The position numbers were made by a program, and so were the translations under genes. A stretch of 64,000 nucleotides of DNA from Octopus sinensis (Eukaryota): positions 40,920,001-40,984,000 of the forward strand of contig NC_042997.1 of assembly GCF_006345805.1 (NCBI RefSeq), in the 5' to 3' direction. The notes below the pieces were generated by a model, which saw only the letters and a program-made list of their open reading frames with translations, was not told where the DNA came from and did not search any database. Below, in pieces: positions 63,371-64,000 of the stretch (positions are counted from its first letter, which is position 1; each line of letters opens with the position of its first letter).

Positions 63371-64000
63371 CACATGTATTTTATTAGCTATTAATTACTC
63401 CATCGCAACTCCGTATATATTTTTTGTTTATAATTCAAGTAGCTTAAATAAAACTGTATTAACTATTTCCTATTTCTTATTTTCAAACAAGAATTTTTTA
63501 AAAAATAATTTCTTTAAATATACACCATACTTAATATTTCTTACCACTTATAACTGTCAAATCAGATATTAATTTAAATATAGCTATGCTGTCCCATTTG
63601 ATGCTTATATATATATATATATTACTTCTTATAATAAATGCCTTATATTTATATCGAGTGTATATCACTTAATTACTTATTATTATATAGAGAAAATGTT
63701 TCTTAAACATCTTACACTTGTATTTTAAAGTAACCATTAGCTGCATCAGTTTTAGTTCATACACAACTATGACTCAATAACACTATCTTAGCATATATAA
63801 TAAGTATATCTGAATATGTTATGTGCTATTCACTCCATCAAGTCTTCTGTGACAATAATAAAATTATTTTTTGATGTATTCTTTTTTTTGCACAGAGGAG
63901 AAGAGTAATATGTAATTAATTTAATTATAATTAAATTGATTTCTAATTTTTCTACCATGTTATTTTCATGTTAATATTGCTGTTCGAAACGATTGTATGC

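Overview
AT-rich, microsatellite-dense eukaryotic genomic DNA. The SINE/LINE families and (TA)n/(TATG)n load point to an octopus (coleoid cephalopod) genome; this is inferred from recognised repeat families, with no database search. Most computed ORFs are microsatellite or repeat artefacts. Host coding sequence lies on the minus strand: (i) the last four exons of a PARP14/15-like mono-ADP-ribosyltransferase (KH-like, WWE, ART with an H-Y-I triad) at 58158-48318; (ii) two phase-1 exons encoding RRM-like domains of the PARP14/PARP10/DTX3L N-terminal type at 9210-9037 and 4508-4270. The second of these carries a 1-nt frameshift, and the pair probably belongs to a second, tandem paralog. The rest is transposable elements: a nearly intact hAT (TIRs, perfect 8-bp TSD, one frameshift); a near full-length RTE/BovB-type LINE whose ORF reads in frame into three C2H2 zinc fingers; about ten truncated copies of an RTE family with a PHD finger inside the RT; L1/Tx1, R4/Dong-type, CR1-like, Penelope and Ty3/Gypsy fragments; a probable solo LTR; and many tRNA-derived SINEs. 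The most unusual signal is a set of short elements next to (TA)n tracts that carry type I hammerhead ribozyme cores, several of them as long fold-back palindromes (37.9-38.3 kb, 40.9-41.0 kb, 8.3-8.7 kb). Repeat boundaries were read by eye and are approximate unless a TSD or splice site is quoted.
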